64,000 bases of DNA, taken from the human T2T-CHM13v2.0 reference genome, Homo sapiens. The position numbers were made by a program, and so were the translations under genes. The stretch lies in NCBI RefSeq assembly GCF_009914755.1, contig NC_060945.1; one strand, given 5' to 3'. Shown here one piece after another: positions 37,541 through 50,070 of the stretch. The notes under the pieces were generated by a model. The model searched no databases, was not told where the DNA came from, and saw nothing but the letters and a program-made list of their open reading frames with translations. Every line of letters begins with the position of its first letter. Position 1 is the first letter of the stretch.

Positions 37541-39219
37541 GGGCCTGTCCTTCCTGTCCTCCTGGATGGAGGCCCTCCCTGCGGGTTCCTCTGCTCTTTC
37601 CTGCCCCACTCCTTCTTTCATGAAGCAGCCCCTCCACCCCGAGCCTGTCCTGGCCCCATTTTAACCCACGCTGCTTCTTCCTCTGCATCTCTGGCTGTCA
37701 GGGAGGCCCCGCTCAAGGGCCTGCTGAGGCTCCACCACCCCCTCCTCCTGCAGAAGACATGTTTTTCACCTGCCCCAAGGACCAGGCAGCCTCCTGCCAG
37801 GCCTCCCCCTGCATCCCCTCATTCCAGAGGGCTCCCAAGGGCAGAGGCAGCTTGAAGTGAGCGTCTGTGGACGGCAGGCCCGCCTCAGGGGAAGCACACA
37901 CAGGCTCTGCTGCACTCGGAGGCTTCCAGCCAGCCGTGGACGGTCACCATTCCCCAGCTCGGGGCCCACTGAACAGGGCTGGGAGATGGTGCAGTGGGAG
38001 GCCCAGAGGAGGTTCTAGGCCTACCCAGTACCTGGCCTGGCTGCTTGGGGAGGGGCAGCCACTGTCCCTGGAGGGCCTCGTCTGTGCGGGTGCCCCCACG
38101 GCACACACCATCCAGGAATTCCAAGTCCCGGGTCAGGAGTGTGACCACCGCCTGCCTGCAGCAGGCTGAGGAGTGAGGTCTGTGAGCCTTTGCTTCCCGG
38201 CCTGCTGCTGACTTACCCCTCTGCCAGGAACGACCACGCTGGACTCTGCAGCTTGGGCCAAGACAGCAGTCCCAGAAGAATGTTTCTGAGATAGGGTCTT
38301 CGTGTCCCATGATCCGGCAGCTCCCAGACCACAGTGAGGGGGCCAGGGACCACCCAGGTCTCCGTACCCCTTGGGGAGCTCTGGCGTCACCCCCATCTGT
38401 CTGTTTTGGGTGTAAAGTGGAGTCCACAGGCCCTGGAACCCACCAGCAGTTTTGAGTGGCTGGGCCTGACCTTTCAGTTGGTACTGAGAAGCCCTCGGCC
38501 CTCACCCCCAACTGCCACCAAGGAACCCTGTGGTTACCTAAACCCCAGGCCATGTGGCTGGGACCCCAGGGCCCGCCTTTCCCACCAGGCCCACTTGCAA
38601 AGGCAAGGGTGAACCCTCAACCCTACAGAAAGCAGGCACCCGCACCTTCCAGATGGCTCCCCCACTGCCCCAAAGCACAAATGACTGGTCAGACCGTGGG
38701 CCTGAGAACAGACGCCCCATCACAACCCAAGCACACACTCCCAGGAAACAAGCCAGCGGCCCCTCCATTCATCTGAGGAGCACACGAAGAGCTTAGACCT
38801 TTTTGAACTCTTCTTCCAGAGCATGTGATGGAGCCACACCTCACTGTTCAAGGCCGACCGACAGAGGACAGATGTGCCTGGCAGGTTCCTTCCCCGTCCA
38901 CAGTGCCGGCCCCCAGCCCGGCTCTGGCCCTGTTAGCCTGGTGACCGTCACAGCCCAGGCAGGGAAGGGACGTCAGGACCCAGGGACCCCAGGACACCCG
39001 GTGGGAAGAGGCCTCAAATCAGGCAGGGCCTTAGGATGCTTGCGGTGGAATGGGATTTTAGCGTCTACTTTTGAACAGTCATAGATTGGTTTTCTTGCAT
39101 ATTAGAAAAAAATGTAGGGCATAAAAACCACGACGAAGGATTCTGGCATTTTTGGCAGAGGCTGAATTCGTAGTCAGCCTGAGCCGGCTGAATGAGAAAC
39201 ACCCGTCTCTTGGAGGGGC

Positions 39220-39480
39220 CTCTGGTCGGCACCCCGTCTCCGGAAGGGGCCTTGCGGTCTCTGCCCTCAAAGTGCAGAAGCATCCACAGATGTGGAAAAG
39301 TGGGTGTGGCTTGTGCCAATTACACTGTGTTTATGGACCTGGAAATGGGAATTCTGTTTAACTTTCATGTGTCACAAAGCCTTCTCTTTTCCCCAACCAT
39401 TTGTAAATGTTAGAATCATTCCTAGCTTGTGGTCAGACATGGGCAGGCTGAATTTGGCCATGGCCACAGGTGCCACCCTG
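39220..39480 (+). mobile_element. MER58B-like hAT element
   Basis: TGGGTGTGGCTTGTGCCAAT...TTTCATGTGTCACAAA...CAACCATTTGTAAATG...GAATTTGGCC. Confidence 0.8.
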
Positions 39481-42399
39481 GAGCTGCCTCATGTTCCCAT
39501 CCTGTGGCTGAAGGACAGACCCAGGACGCTGAAGGGGCTCGCTGGACGCATGTGGCACTGGGCATCAGGGCCTGGGCTGGAACTCCTGTCCCCACCTCGG
39601 GGGCCCCACCTGGGGGTCTTGGGGGTGCGGTGGGCACTGGGTATGGTTGCTGCCGGCTGTATCCCAGCCCCTTCCTGCCTCTGCCACATCAGTAGGGGGC
39701 CTCTTGCCTCTGGGGCTGGAGGTATCCCGGCTGGGCCACCATGCAGACTGTGGGGTGCTGTGTGGCCAGGCCGGGCCCAGAAGGAGTCCCAAATGTCAGA
39801 GGAGAGAAAGAGGCCCCACCCAGAGGGAAACAGGGTGGACAGTAGGAGGGGGCTGGGTCGCTGAAGTCCCCAAGGCCGGCTCCTTCAAGGACTCTCAACA
39901 AACTTCCTTTTTGGCTTAAAGTTATTTTGAGTTCAGGTCTCGTTTCCTGCAATTCTCAAAATCCTGAAGCTCCACGAGTTTGCCCTCGCCGCCCAGAGGA
40001 GACCCCGGAGGACCCAGCCAGGCTCACTGTGAAACAGCCCCTCGGAGCTCATGGCCCCTCAGGACAGGGTCCCAGCCGCAGCGAGGAAGCAGGGCCCAGG
40101 GGCTCCAAGGGTGGCGCCTGCACGCATGCCTGGGAGAGCAAATGACACACCCAGAAACCCACCAGCCCACTTGGACCTGCCCTGGGCAGCCCCGAGACAT
40201 GGTCAGGGCGATGCAGACTGCGTTTCCCTGCGAGAAGCCCGCCCCTCACCACGGCGAGCCCTGTCCCGATCCGCTCTTGACCTGTCCAGGGCACCACGGC
40301 CTTGCCTGGGAACTTGTTGCTGAGCCAAGATGAGCCCAAGGAGCCGGCAGTTGTGCCGGAATATTCCAAAGGCCCAGAGGCTGTCACAGACAGTGACGTG
40401 TGATAAAAATCCCCAAATGTTCCAGGACAGGAAGCCAGTTTAACCCTTCCCGTTTACCCCGCCTGCGGCTGCTGTAGAAACACAATCATTTCATAGCCAG
40501 AAATTTACCGACGTCCTGCTGGAAGCCATGAATGTGCCTGACAAGAGACTGAAACAGCGGTTGGCAGAGACATGAATAAAAGACCAGTGTCTTGGTTTAA
40601 TCACCTGGCTCTAAGGTGGCGCTTGCTTTTTAAGGGATCCAGGGGCCAAAGCTGGAGGAGGAGGCAGCCAGCTCCTGGGGGGAGGGTAGCCGGCTCAACC
40701 CCCTGGAGGCCCTGTGTGACCTCAGCCTAGGAGGCTGAAGCTGCAGCCTCTGCCCACTGCGCCATCCTTGCGAAAGGGCTCCCGCAGAAGGGTTGGCTGT
40801 GCCCACTAGGAGCTGGTCCTGCTGCTCACTTCCATGGCCCTGGTGGCCTTCATGGAGACAGCCATTGTGTGCAAAGGACGGAAAGTAAGAGGCCCCCTCC
40901 TTCTCTCACCCTTTGTGGGGAAACCGAGGCAAGTGACACCTTAAGTCCCAGGGCGCTCTGTGGAGCAGCTGAGACTCCAGCTTCCATTTTCTGACTTCCA
41001 GGGAGCTATCTTTCTAGGTCCCTGGGAGGGAGGCTGGAAAGGGCTCGTTTCAGAATGCGGTTGGGCAAGTTTGTTTTTCTCAATTCTGCATTAAAATTGT
41101 CTCGAGTCATGGTTCTGATGACACATGAATGTGTGTGTAGATTGTGCGTATATGCAATGGAGCCAATCGATTAGCAAAAGCATATTTTGCCATAATTTGT
41201 AACCTATGCTCCCTACATAATGACTGCGGTTTAAAGCACCTGAGAAAATGTTAATAAAAGGTATGAGTTCTCTGGCAATCTGGCTGACCTCCTGAAGGCC
41301 ACGACTGAACCAAGGTATCTTCCAGAGCAGGAGCTATCTGGGTCACCTCAGGATAGAATCCCAAGGTAATTCTCTTCCTCCCCAAACTCACTCTTTCCCG
41401 CCCCCTCCCCCCTCCTCTCTCATCCTCTCTCCCGCCCCTCTGCTCTCACACACACACTTTTCCAGACGGAGCTGACGGCGCAGTCCCTCCGCCCCCATCA
41501 CAGGTGGTCCAGCATCTGGCAGGAGGGGCGTATGGAGAATGGTCCCCCCCAGGACTTTTGGGGAGGACAGCCCTTAGCACAGGGGTGCAGTTAAGCCCTC
41601 TGACACCTGTCCCCCACCCCGAGACATTCTGTGCCACCCCCAGGTGGCTGGGAGCTATGGATCCCAGGGAACTGTGACTGTCAGAGACCATTGGGACCGC
41701 AGGACCGACTCCCACTCAGACCAGATCTGGGGTGAGAGGGGGTGGAGACGTGGGGATGTGGGGGCCCTGCATGGCTCAGGGCTCTGAGGGGACATTGAGC
41801 ATAGGTGACCAACCCTCCCCATTTGGCCTGGACTAGCAGGGTGTGGGGCTTTTAGTGCTGAAACCAAGGAAGTCCCGGGCAGATCAGGACCCTGGTCCCT
41901 CGCTGGGATGGAAGTCTGGGAGATCTGTGGGGTGGCGGGTGTGCAGATGAAGGCTGAGGCCCCAAGGCCCCACCATCCCAACTGTGTGCTTGCCACCTGG
42001 GTCCCACCCCTTGGAGAGGACAGTGTTGAGTCCTGGCCAGTTCCCCCTGCCTGGGCTCAGGTGGCAGCTGAGAGGGGTGTGGAGGACACCTGGCCCCTCA
42101 CACTGAGCCTGCTGTCCTCGGAACAGGCTCTGCAGAGACCAAGACACCAGCTATGGAATAGCTGATAGGCACCAATATGCCCTGGGCCCTGTCTCACCAC
42201 TAGCATCACCACACACACTTCTCCGACGCTCCTCCCTCCCGGCTCTTCGAGATGCCAGCAGAAGGAGACACAGTGCCCGAGTGATGTGCAGCGGCACGGG
42301 GTCCCCCAGCCCGGCAGGTGAGAGAACGGGGCCGGCTTGGTTCAGGGAGGCCCCAGCTGAGGCCTCCTGTCCACCTGTCCAAGCAGCCGGTAAATAGTT

Positions 42400-42593
42400 T
42401 AAATCCTTTTTTCCTCACTATCAAAATAATACATATTCATTGACAGAGAATTTGGAAATTAAGAACATTACAAGAAACAGAAGGAGAAAAACCCACCATA
42501 TATTCACAACACAAAGAGAACACCTTCAACATTTTGGAATGTTTCCTTCCAGCATTGCCTGTTTCTGTGCATTTCAAAAACATAGTTAAATAA

Positions 42594-42635
<42 letters not shown>

Positions 42636-43720
42636 CTAGCTGGGTTTTCTGAGATTCTGTATTTGTCTTTTTGGCATCCATTTGTCACAGGGCCAATTGT
42701 ATTCACTATAATTTTCTTATTTTCTGTATTCTTGATGCTCTGGCATTCAAAGACTCTTGCAGACTGTCCCTCCCAGAGCTGGCTGATTTCAGAGCCAAGA
42801 TAGGGCTTGGCCTAGAGCAGCCAGTCCTGTCTATACCCCAACCATCCGCTTCATCTCACTGGTACACCAAGCCAGCATTTTCCCTGCCCTAGATGACCTC
42901 AGAGCCAGGCAAGCAGGGACAGCCCCTACGCCCCAAAGTCCAACAGAATTGTTCATGCCAGCCAGTCCTGAGTCTACCCGCCTGCCCTGCCTTTCCCAAG
43001 GAAACCCCAAGAAAGGCTGGTGCCTACTCCTCCCCAAACTAACTGGCATTTCCTGGCCCTGTGATGCGTCGCAGGCCCCTCCTCTTGTAAATACAAAAAT
43101 CTCCTTTCTGGGATATGGCCTCTTCGCGTTGACACTCAGTCATACCTCCGTAAACTCACTCCCGGGTTTGATTTTAACCCCACGTGTGCGTGTGTGTGGT
43201 GTGTGTGTGCATAAGCTTAGCTCACGTTTGTTGCTCAACACTGTAACCATGGGGGTCTCCAGTGCCGTTAGCATCCTTTTTCAATGTAATTTGTAATGAT
43301 TGTATGGCATTCTCTCCTATGGATATACCCAAATCTCTCCTTTTGCTATATTGGATTTGCTTCTGTGCATTTTTTAATTACCCTGAGATGAATCTTTTTC
43401 TGCATCAATATTTTCCCATAGCTTGGGATCTTTCCTTATGTTAGAGGATCAGAAATAGAAGCCCAGGATTGAAGGAACGTCTTCAGGTTGCAGATTCACG
43501 TTGACAACATCCTCTAAAAGTCTACCTGCATTTACGCTCCACTGAGGATGATCAGTTAATACAATTTCACTAGTTCAACAGGGAAACTGTAGTGTCCGGA
43601 TATACATTCTTTTGTTGACGAATGAGGTCGAACTTTCTTCCCGGTGTTTAGTGTTCCCTTATATTTACATCCTTGAGAACTCCCTACTCCTCTTCTCGAC
43701 CTGCCTTTCAAGTTGAGGTA
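42400..43720 (-). mobile_element. L1ME-like fragments, split by MER74 and a (TG)n run at ~42598-42633
   Basis: T-rich antisense L1 3' wording; continues briefly at 44368-44420. Confidence 0.55.
42698..43170 (+). mobile_element. MER74-family (ERVL) solo LTR
   Basis: TGTATT...TTATTTTCTGTATTCTTGATGCT...AGGGACAGCCCCTA...CCTTTCCCAAGGAAACC. Confidence 0.75.
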
Positions 43721-44367
43721 TGTTTTAAAAAGGTAAACTGAGGCATAATATACTTTTTAAAGAGTTGACTTGAGCAAACCACCATTCATGAATCAGGCAG
43801 CCCCACACCAGAATGGATCAGGAGCTCCACCAAGGGAACACAGGGGCAGCTCTCCTAGGACATGCGCAGATGTCAAGCAGAGAAAGTGGTCTGATTGGTC
43901 GCAGGTACGCCATTGCCTGTTGTACACCAGAGAAGGTATCTGATTGGCCACAGGCATGCAGTTGACACACATAAAGCAGAGAAAGTATCTGATTGGCTGC
44001 TAGCAGGCAGAGAAGGTATCTGATTGGCTGCAGGCAAGCAGTTGCCTGACATGCACCAGAGAAAGTATCTGATTGGTCGTAGGTACAGCAGTTGCCTAAG
44101 GTGAAGCAGAGAAAGTATCTGATTGGCCGCATGTACGCAGTTTCTTTATTGGGTCCGTCCCATTGGAAAGTCCCTGGTTATGTAAGTTTGTTGGCTGCCT
44201 CTCATTGGTGGAGCTTAAGTTCTGTTTCTCTTTAATGCAGGCATTTACAAGAAATAGCTCAGTTTCGCTTACCTCTGCAACTCAAGCTGGGGTGAGATCA
44301 CTTGCGAGGACTGCCTGGCACCATTCGCTTGGGCCTCTTGGGGCCTAGTCTCCGATTTAATGTAACG
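43721..44367 (-). mobile_element. ERV1 solo LTR (MER93-like) with an internal tandem expansion
   Basis: GGTAAACTGAGGCA...ATTCATGAATCAGGCAGC...CCCATTGGAAAGTCCCT...GCATTTACAAGAAATAGCTCA; family name from memory. Confidence 0.7.
43878..44140. repeat. ~49-bp tandem unit x6, each carrying CTGATTGG
   Basis: CTGATTGG at 43891, 43940, 43989, 44020, 44069 and 44119. Confidence 0.95.
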
Positions 44368-44422
44368 GGCCACTGAGACTTCTTTATTTCCGTTTGGAGA
44401 AGTTCTTTGCTTATGAGGGGAT

Positions 44423-44872
44423 TGTTACGGGTTGAATTACGTCTGTCTCCATTCCACTCCCCCATTTATATGTCGAAGTCCTGACCCCCAGTACCTCAGA
44501 ATGTGACTCATTTGGAAATAGCTTTTTGCAGATGGAATTGGTTAAAAGGAGGCCATGCTGGAGTAGGCTGGGCCCCTAATCCAATGACCACTGTCCTTCC
44601 GAGAAGGGGAGATTTGAGCACAGACAGGTGCTGGAGAACGCGTGTGAAGAGGGAGACAGGGACCGGGATGATGCTTCCACCAGCCAGGGAATGCCAAGGG
44701 TCCCAGAGGCGCAGAGAGAGGCCGGGGCAGACGCAGTCCCCCAGCCCCGGAAGGAACCAGCCCTGCCAACGGCTTCAGCTCGGGGGTCCGGCCTCCAGCA
44801 GCGCAAGAGAGTGAATGTCTGTTGTCTGGACCCCCGTCTGTGGTGCTTTGTGCAACAGCCGCGGGACACCCA
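44423..44872 (+). mobile_element. MLT1C-like solo LTR
   Basis: TGTTACGGGTTGAATT...CCCCCAGTACCTCAGAATGTGAC...CCTAATCCAATGAC...GGAAGGAACCAGCCCTGCC. Confidence 0.88.
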
Positions 44873-45639
44873 GGGGTCAAGCCTGACCAGCCGGATGGCT
44901 GCCAGCATGGTCTCGATTTTCTCCATGGGGGATGGAAGGCAGCTCTGCTCCCCTTTCCTGGCAAGGCCCCTCGGAGCTGGCCCTGCACGGTTCATGTCAC
45001 AGAGGGGCCCGATCCCCTTTTTCTCCCCAGAGAGGAGCTCTAGGGGGTTCCCGACAGCCCAGGACGACATGACGCAAGCAGCCCTCAGTCCCAAGTCCCC
45101 TCTGTGACACCCGCTGCAGGTGCCAGGCAGCTGTTGGGGGGCGGCTGTTGGGGAGCCCATCTGAGGGGCTTCCAGCCACAGCTGGTGAGGGTCCCTTGGT
45201 CCTCAGGGATGCATCCTGGATAGGAGTCCAGGACTGCAGCTCCTGCTCACCTGGTTGGGCAAACTGCGTATAGAACGAGGGCCCCAGCACCAGGAAGGGC
45301 CCCCAGCACAGAGGATGTGGGACGAGAGTGGTACTGGGCAGGGTGGAGTTTCAACAGACAGAGGTAGAAGCCTCAGGCCAGCACAGCCCTGGCAGCCTCG
45401 TGGCCCCCAATGCCGCTGGGTCAGAGCCAACAGGACAGCCTGGCCTCACGCTGAGGCCACAGCAGGGCGGGCTGGGGCTCACTCCCTGCACATTGCTTGC
45501 ACCTCTGCTCTCAGCCCCACGCTTTGTTTCTAGGGGCCCGGAAGCTGCACACTCACTTCCAGAACTCCCGTGCCTACGGGCGCCTCAGCCAGCTCTGCCG
45601 CAGGAGGAGGGGCAATGCTTCTTGCTTCCAGTTGGCATC

Positions 45640-45776
45640 GGCGGCCCCTCCGGTCAGGGCAGGTGTCCTCGCCCTGCTGGGGGCAGCCCCTCTGGTCAGG
45701 GCAGGCATCCCCACCCTGCGGGAGGCGGCCCCTAGGGTCAGGGCAGGTGTCCCTACCCTGCTGGAGGTGGCCCCTC
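45640..45776. repeat. 42-bp tandem repeat x3.2
   Basis: GGTCAGGGCAGG at 45652, 45694 and 45736. Confidence 0.9.
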
Positions 45777-46210
45777 ACCAGCACATCCAGAGCCAGCTGC
45801 AGCTCTAACAGCTCGGCAGCACAGGCTCCATGGGCAGCAGCAGCTCCTGTCACCAGGAGCACCCTCCTGCCCTGGCCTCCCCCAAGCCTGCTTCTCCCTT
45901 CTGCTCTTCTGGCACCTCGGTAGCTGATTCCTGGTGTTAAATCTCCTCTGTTGGAACATGTAGACCAGCTGGTTTTCCTTATAGGACCCTGACTGGCAGA
46001 CCTACTGCCCTTTAGCGAAGTCAAGAATCAAAGAGCACCTCCAAGCCAGGTATAGGCCAGATTTGCTTCTGTGACATGTCCCATGCGGACCCACCTGAGT
46101 GTGACCACCCCATCTTACTGCAAATACAGGTGACAGCCCCAATGCAAATACAAACACAAATACAAGCACAGGTGCAAATGCAACTGCAAGTTCAGATGCA
46201 AATGCAATTT

Positions 46211-46450
46211 GCAGCTGCACCCGAGACCACCCCCTCCCCACCACAGATGCACACGCACACGTACTGACATATTCACACACACATACTGGTGCAGCCCTGC
46301 AGCTGCACCCCTGAGACCACCCCCTCCCCACCACAGATGCACACGCACACATACTGACATATTCACACACATATACTGGTGCAGCCCTGCAGCTGCACCC
46401 CTGAGACCATCCCCTCCCCATCGCAGACACACATGCACTCATACTGGCAT
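46211..46450. repeat. ~90-bp tandem repeat x2.7
   Basis: GCAGCTGCACCC at 46211, 46299 and 46389. Confidence 0.92.
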
Positions 46451-46454
46451 ATTG

Positions 46455-46870
46455 CAGAGCACCGTGTGGTAGCATTGTTTTTAACTGCAAATACCTGAAC
46501 TCAACCTAGATTTCCATGGATAGTTATGAACCTTCCAATGGGCTGCCACTCAGCCGCGGGAAAGGCTGGGGCTGTGTGGCAGTGGAGAAACAGCTCTGAC
46601 GCATGGCATTTGCTGAAAAAAGCAAAAGTGCAGAAGAGCACTAGCGGTGAGCCCCCACCTCCGCATAGAGGCGTAGGCAGTGCTTGTGCCTATTTGCTCA
46701 TTAACGCACAGAAGGATGCACACCGCGGTTGGCCATGCTGCTTGTCTCGATGGGCGGGCGGGGACCGGGTAGAAGGAAGGCTTCACAGAATAGATACCCT
46801 GCGGTGCCTTTAGAACTTTGAAGCATATGCCACTCTACAAAATACATGCAAAAATGTGCTATTTATTCAA
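46455..46870 (+). mobile_element. L1ME-like 3' end
   Basis: AGCATTGTTTTTAACTGCAAA...CAACCTAGAT...AAAAAAGCAAAAGTGCAGAA. Confidence 0.55.
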
Positions 46871-48195
46871 GGACTGAACTTGAGTAACATGATTACTTCA
46901 CAAAAGACCCTGGCACTCAAGGCAGGCAGTGGTGAGCAGGCAGCCCCCTCGGCGAACACAGCTGGCCCAGGCAGCTTGGAGCAGCAGTAGGAAGACTCCC
47001 TGCTCGCTGTAGACCTGAGCTCAAGCCAGAGGAGCCAGGCTTCCGAGCACCGGGGCCCTGAGGCCGCTGGAGAGGGTGGCTCTCCCACCCCTGGAGTTCC
47101 CCAGAGACCTCGTCTGGGGCCGGCGCCTATGCCTGCTTATTTGGCCATAATGAATGGGCACTCCCTGGAGCAGATGTGCCTAATAACAGTCCAGCAAGAC
47201 TGCCTCAAGAGCCACCTCTGGGACACACTTTAAAGCCACACTGGCCACAAGGGACGCTGGTGATCCCGTGGTCTGCAGAGCTACCTGCTCAGTCTATTTA
47301 TGTCACCTCACTCCCAGCCAGCCAGGGGAGGCCAGGGGAGCCCCTCGATGACTAATGTCACAGCTGCCACCAGGGACAGGCCCTGCAGCAGCCTGGAGGC
47401 CTGATGTGTCCATACCAACGATGGCCGTCAGCAGGGGCTGTGTGGAAGGACAGAGCTGCTGGGGCCTTGGGAAGACAAGAGACCGGCTGCCGCCTGTAAC
47501 TGCTGGCCTGGCTGTGGGCTTTTGGCTGAGGTCTGCAGCCATGCACTGGCCACCGTGTTGTACAGGAAGAGGACTTCTCACTGGTTTCCACAGTCTGTGC
47601 ACCCTGACAGCGGGTTGTCTACTGGAACCTGGTTCAACGTCTCTTGGTTGAAACCTTGGTGGTGCCAGGGCTTGAAAGCCCTTTCCCCGGAGGGCTCCCC
47701 TGTTGGCTCTGACTTGCTGTCCTCGGTAGGTGAGCCTTCCTGCCCGTCCCATCAGCTCGAGGCCCACAGCCCCTCACCCCTCTTCCCAAGAGCACCCTGA
47801 CACAGTCACACAGAGACCCGCACCGCTGACTTACGGACAGAGAAACGCGCATTGCTGACTCTGAGCACAGGTGGCCTGGCTCCTGCACAGACCCCCCACC
47901 AACCCAGTCTCTGGGCACACACTTCAAAGAGCCTGCCAGGGTTAATGCCACTTCAAGAAACCGGTGGCCTGGGAGTCTAGAATCTTCTGGCTATCAGTCA
48001 GCGGTGCCTGCCTGTAGGAGCCCAGGCCCTTAGCAAACTCCTAGGCTCTGTGCTTTCCCACAGCGAATCTTTAGCACTAAGATTCAGCTCCCAGCCTTTC
48101 ATCGGTTGTGTATGTCTTTCCTGGCCCAAATAATATCGTGGTGGGACACTAGATAGGAGCCTGTCCCCAAATAAATGAGTTGCAACAGTAACTAG

Positions 48196-48425
<230 letters not shown>

Positions 48426-48457
48426 GATGATTTACCCCTTTTAAAAACAATGCACTT

Positions 48458-48620
48458 GGCTGGGCGCAGTGGCTCATGCCTGTAATCCCAGCACTTTGGG
48501 AGGCCGAGGTGGGTGGATCCCTGAGGTCAGGAGTTCGAGACCAGCCTGGCCAACATAGTGAAACCCCGTCTCAAAATAATAATTTTGAATCTCGCTCATC
48601 AGAGCGAGCTTCTGTCTCAA

Positions 48621-48652
<32 letters not shown>
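48458..48652 (+). mobile_element. AluS left arm joined to a rearranged 3' end, (AAT)n tail
   Basis: TSD AATGCACTT at 48449-48457 and 48653-48661; right arm missing. Confidence 0.93.
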
Positions 48653-48654
<2 letters not shown>

Positions 48655-49667
48655 TGCACTTACAAGGAAATCAGCAAAGCTAGACCCCCACCTACTCCCG
48701 CCCCAACACCTTTAAGAAGAAAGATGCCCTCAAAGAAGGGGGGTGTCCAAAAAGGGCAGGACAAGAGCTCCCCAGGCCACATAGCTTTGGGACGTGGGGC
48801 GGGGGCTGCAGGCTCTACACAGCTTCAGGTTTCTCAGGGCTCCACCATACATCGGTTCCAAAGGCCCCTCTGCACAAGGAGACTGTCTCCTGCATGTATG
48901 AGTTATCTTCTTGCTTTGCCTAACAGGGTATTATAGCTTCGATGTCTTTCGTCACTGGCACAGAGGTTTTCTAACATCCGTCTTCGTGGCCTCCTGGTCC
49001 GGTGGCAAGCATCCCAAGCTCCGCTTCACAGATGAAAAAGCTGAGAGGTTAATTAAACCGTTTGTTGTCCCACGCAGAGTCAGCTTTGGGGCTGGGAGCC
49101 ACCACAGGACCTGGCTCCCCACGACACCGGCTGAGCCCGGAAGCAGCTGAAGGTTCCAGGACCCTCGGGGCAGCTCCCAGGCCGGCGAGGAAGAAGCCAG
49201 GGTGAAATTTGCGGAATGGATTTGTTTCCACTCTTGGAATTTGTGATCACTTTGCTCCTCTGAGTCTCTAGGAATTAGCAATTGTGCCATCGACCAAATT
49301 AAGGTGCAAATTATTTGTATTGTTAAACGACTCCAGTTATTACTTGGAGAAAATTTTGCACTTCAATTAACAAAAGCACACATGGGGCAGTTTCTGAGCA
49401 AAGCCAGATTTTATAACACTCAGAAGAATGAGGTCCGGCCCCGGGCCTCGCCGCCCTCCTCCTGGCTTTCAGCTCAGCCTGTCCCCTGGCAGTGCCAGCA
49501 GCTTATCCGCAGGTCCCCGAGGCCACCCGTTCCCTTCGCACCAGAGCTCTCCCCTCTGTTCTTTGAGAAGCAGGAAGCTAGATGGATCCATCTCAAGGGG
49601 GATCCCCCAGAAGCAAAGCCTGAGAGAAGAGCTCTTGTGAAAGTGATTTACTGGGGGAATGGTCTGG

Positions 49668-50070
49668 GTTTTATGGGGTGAATTGCATCCCTCAAATTCC
49701 CATGTTAAAGCCCTAACCCTCAGTGCCCCAGAATGTGGCTGTTTTTGAGACAAGGTCTTTCAGAGGTGATTAAGGTAAATGAGGTCACTAGGGTGGGCCC
49801 AGATCCAGTATGACTGGTGTCCTTATAAGAACAGGAGGAGAGGACACACGGGGATGCCAGGGGCCTGCTTGCCCAGAGGGACAGCCCTGAGACAGGGCAG
49901 CAAGAGGGTGGAGTCTGCGTGTCCTGGAAGGTGGGTGGGGGAGTGGGGGAGAAAGCAGCCTTGGGGGCCTGGATCCTGGACCTCCAGCCTCCAGATGGTG
50001 AGAAATCAGGTCTGCTGTTGAAGGCCTCAGGGTGTGCTATTTCAGTTTAGTGGCTCAAGCCAACTAAGAC
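49668..50070 (+). mobile_element. MLT1A-like LTR, probably inserted into an older LTR16-like fragment (49585-49667 and 50071-50230)
   Basis: ATGTTAAAGCCCTAACCC...GAGGTGATTAAGGTAAATGAGGTCA...GACTGGTGTCCTTATAAGA...CCAACTAAGAC. Confidence 0.85.
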
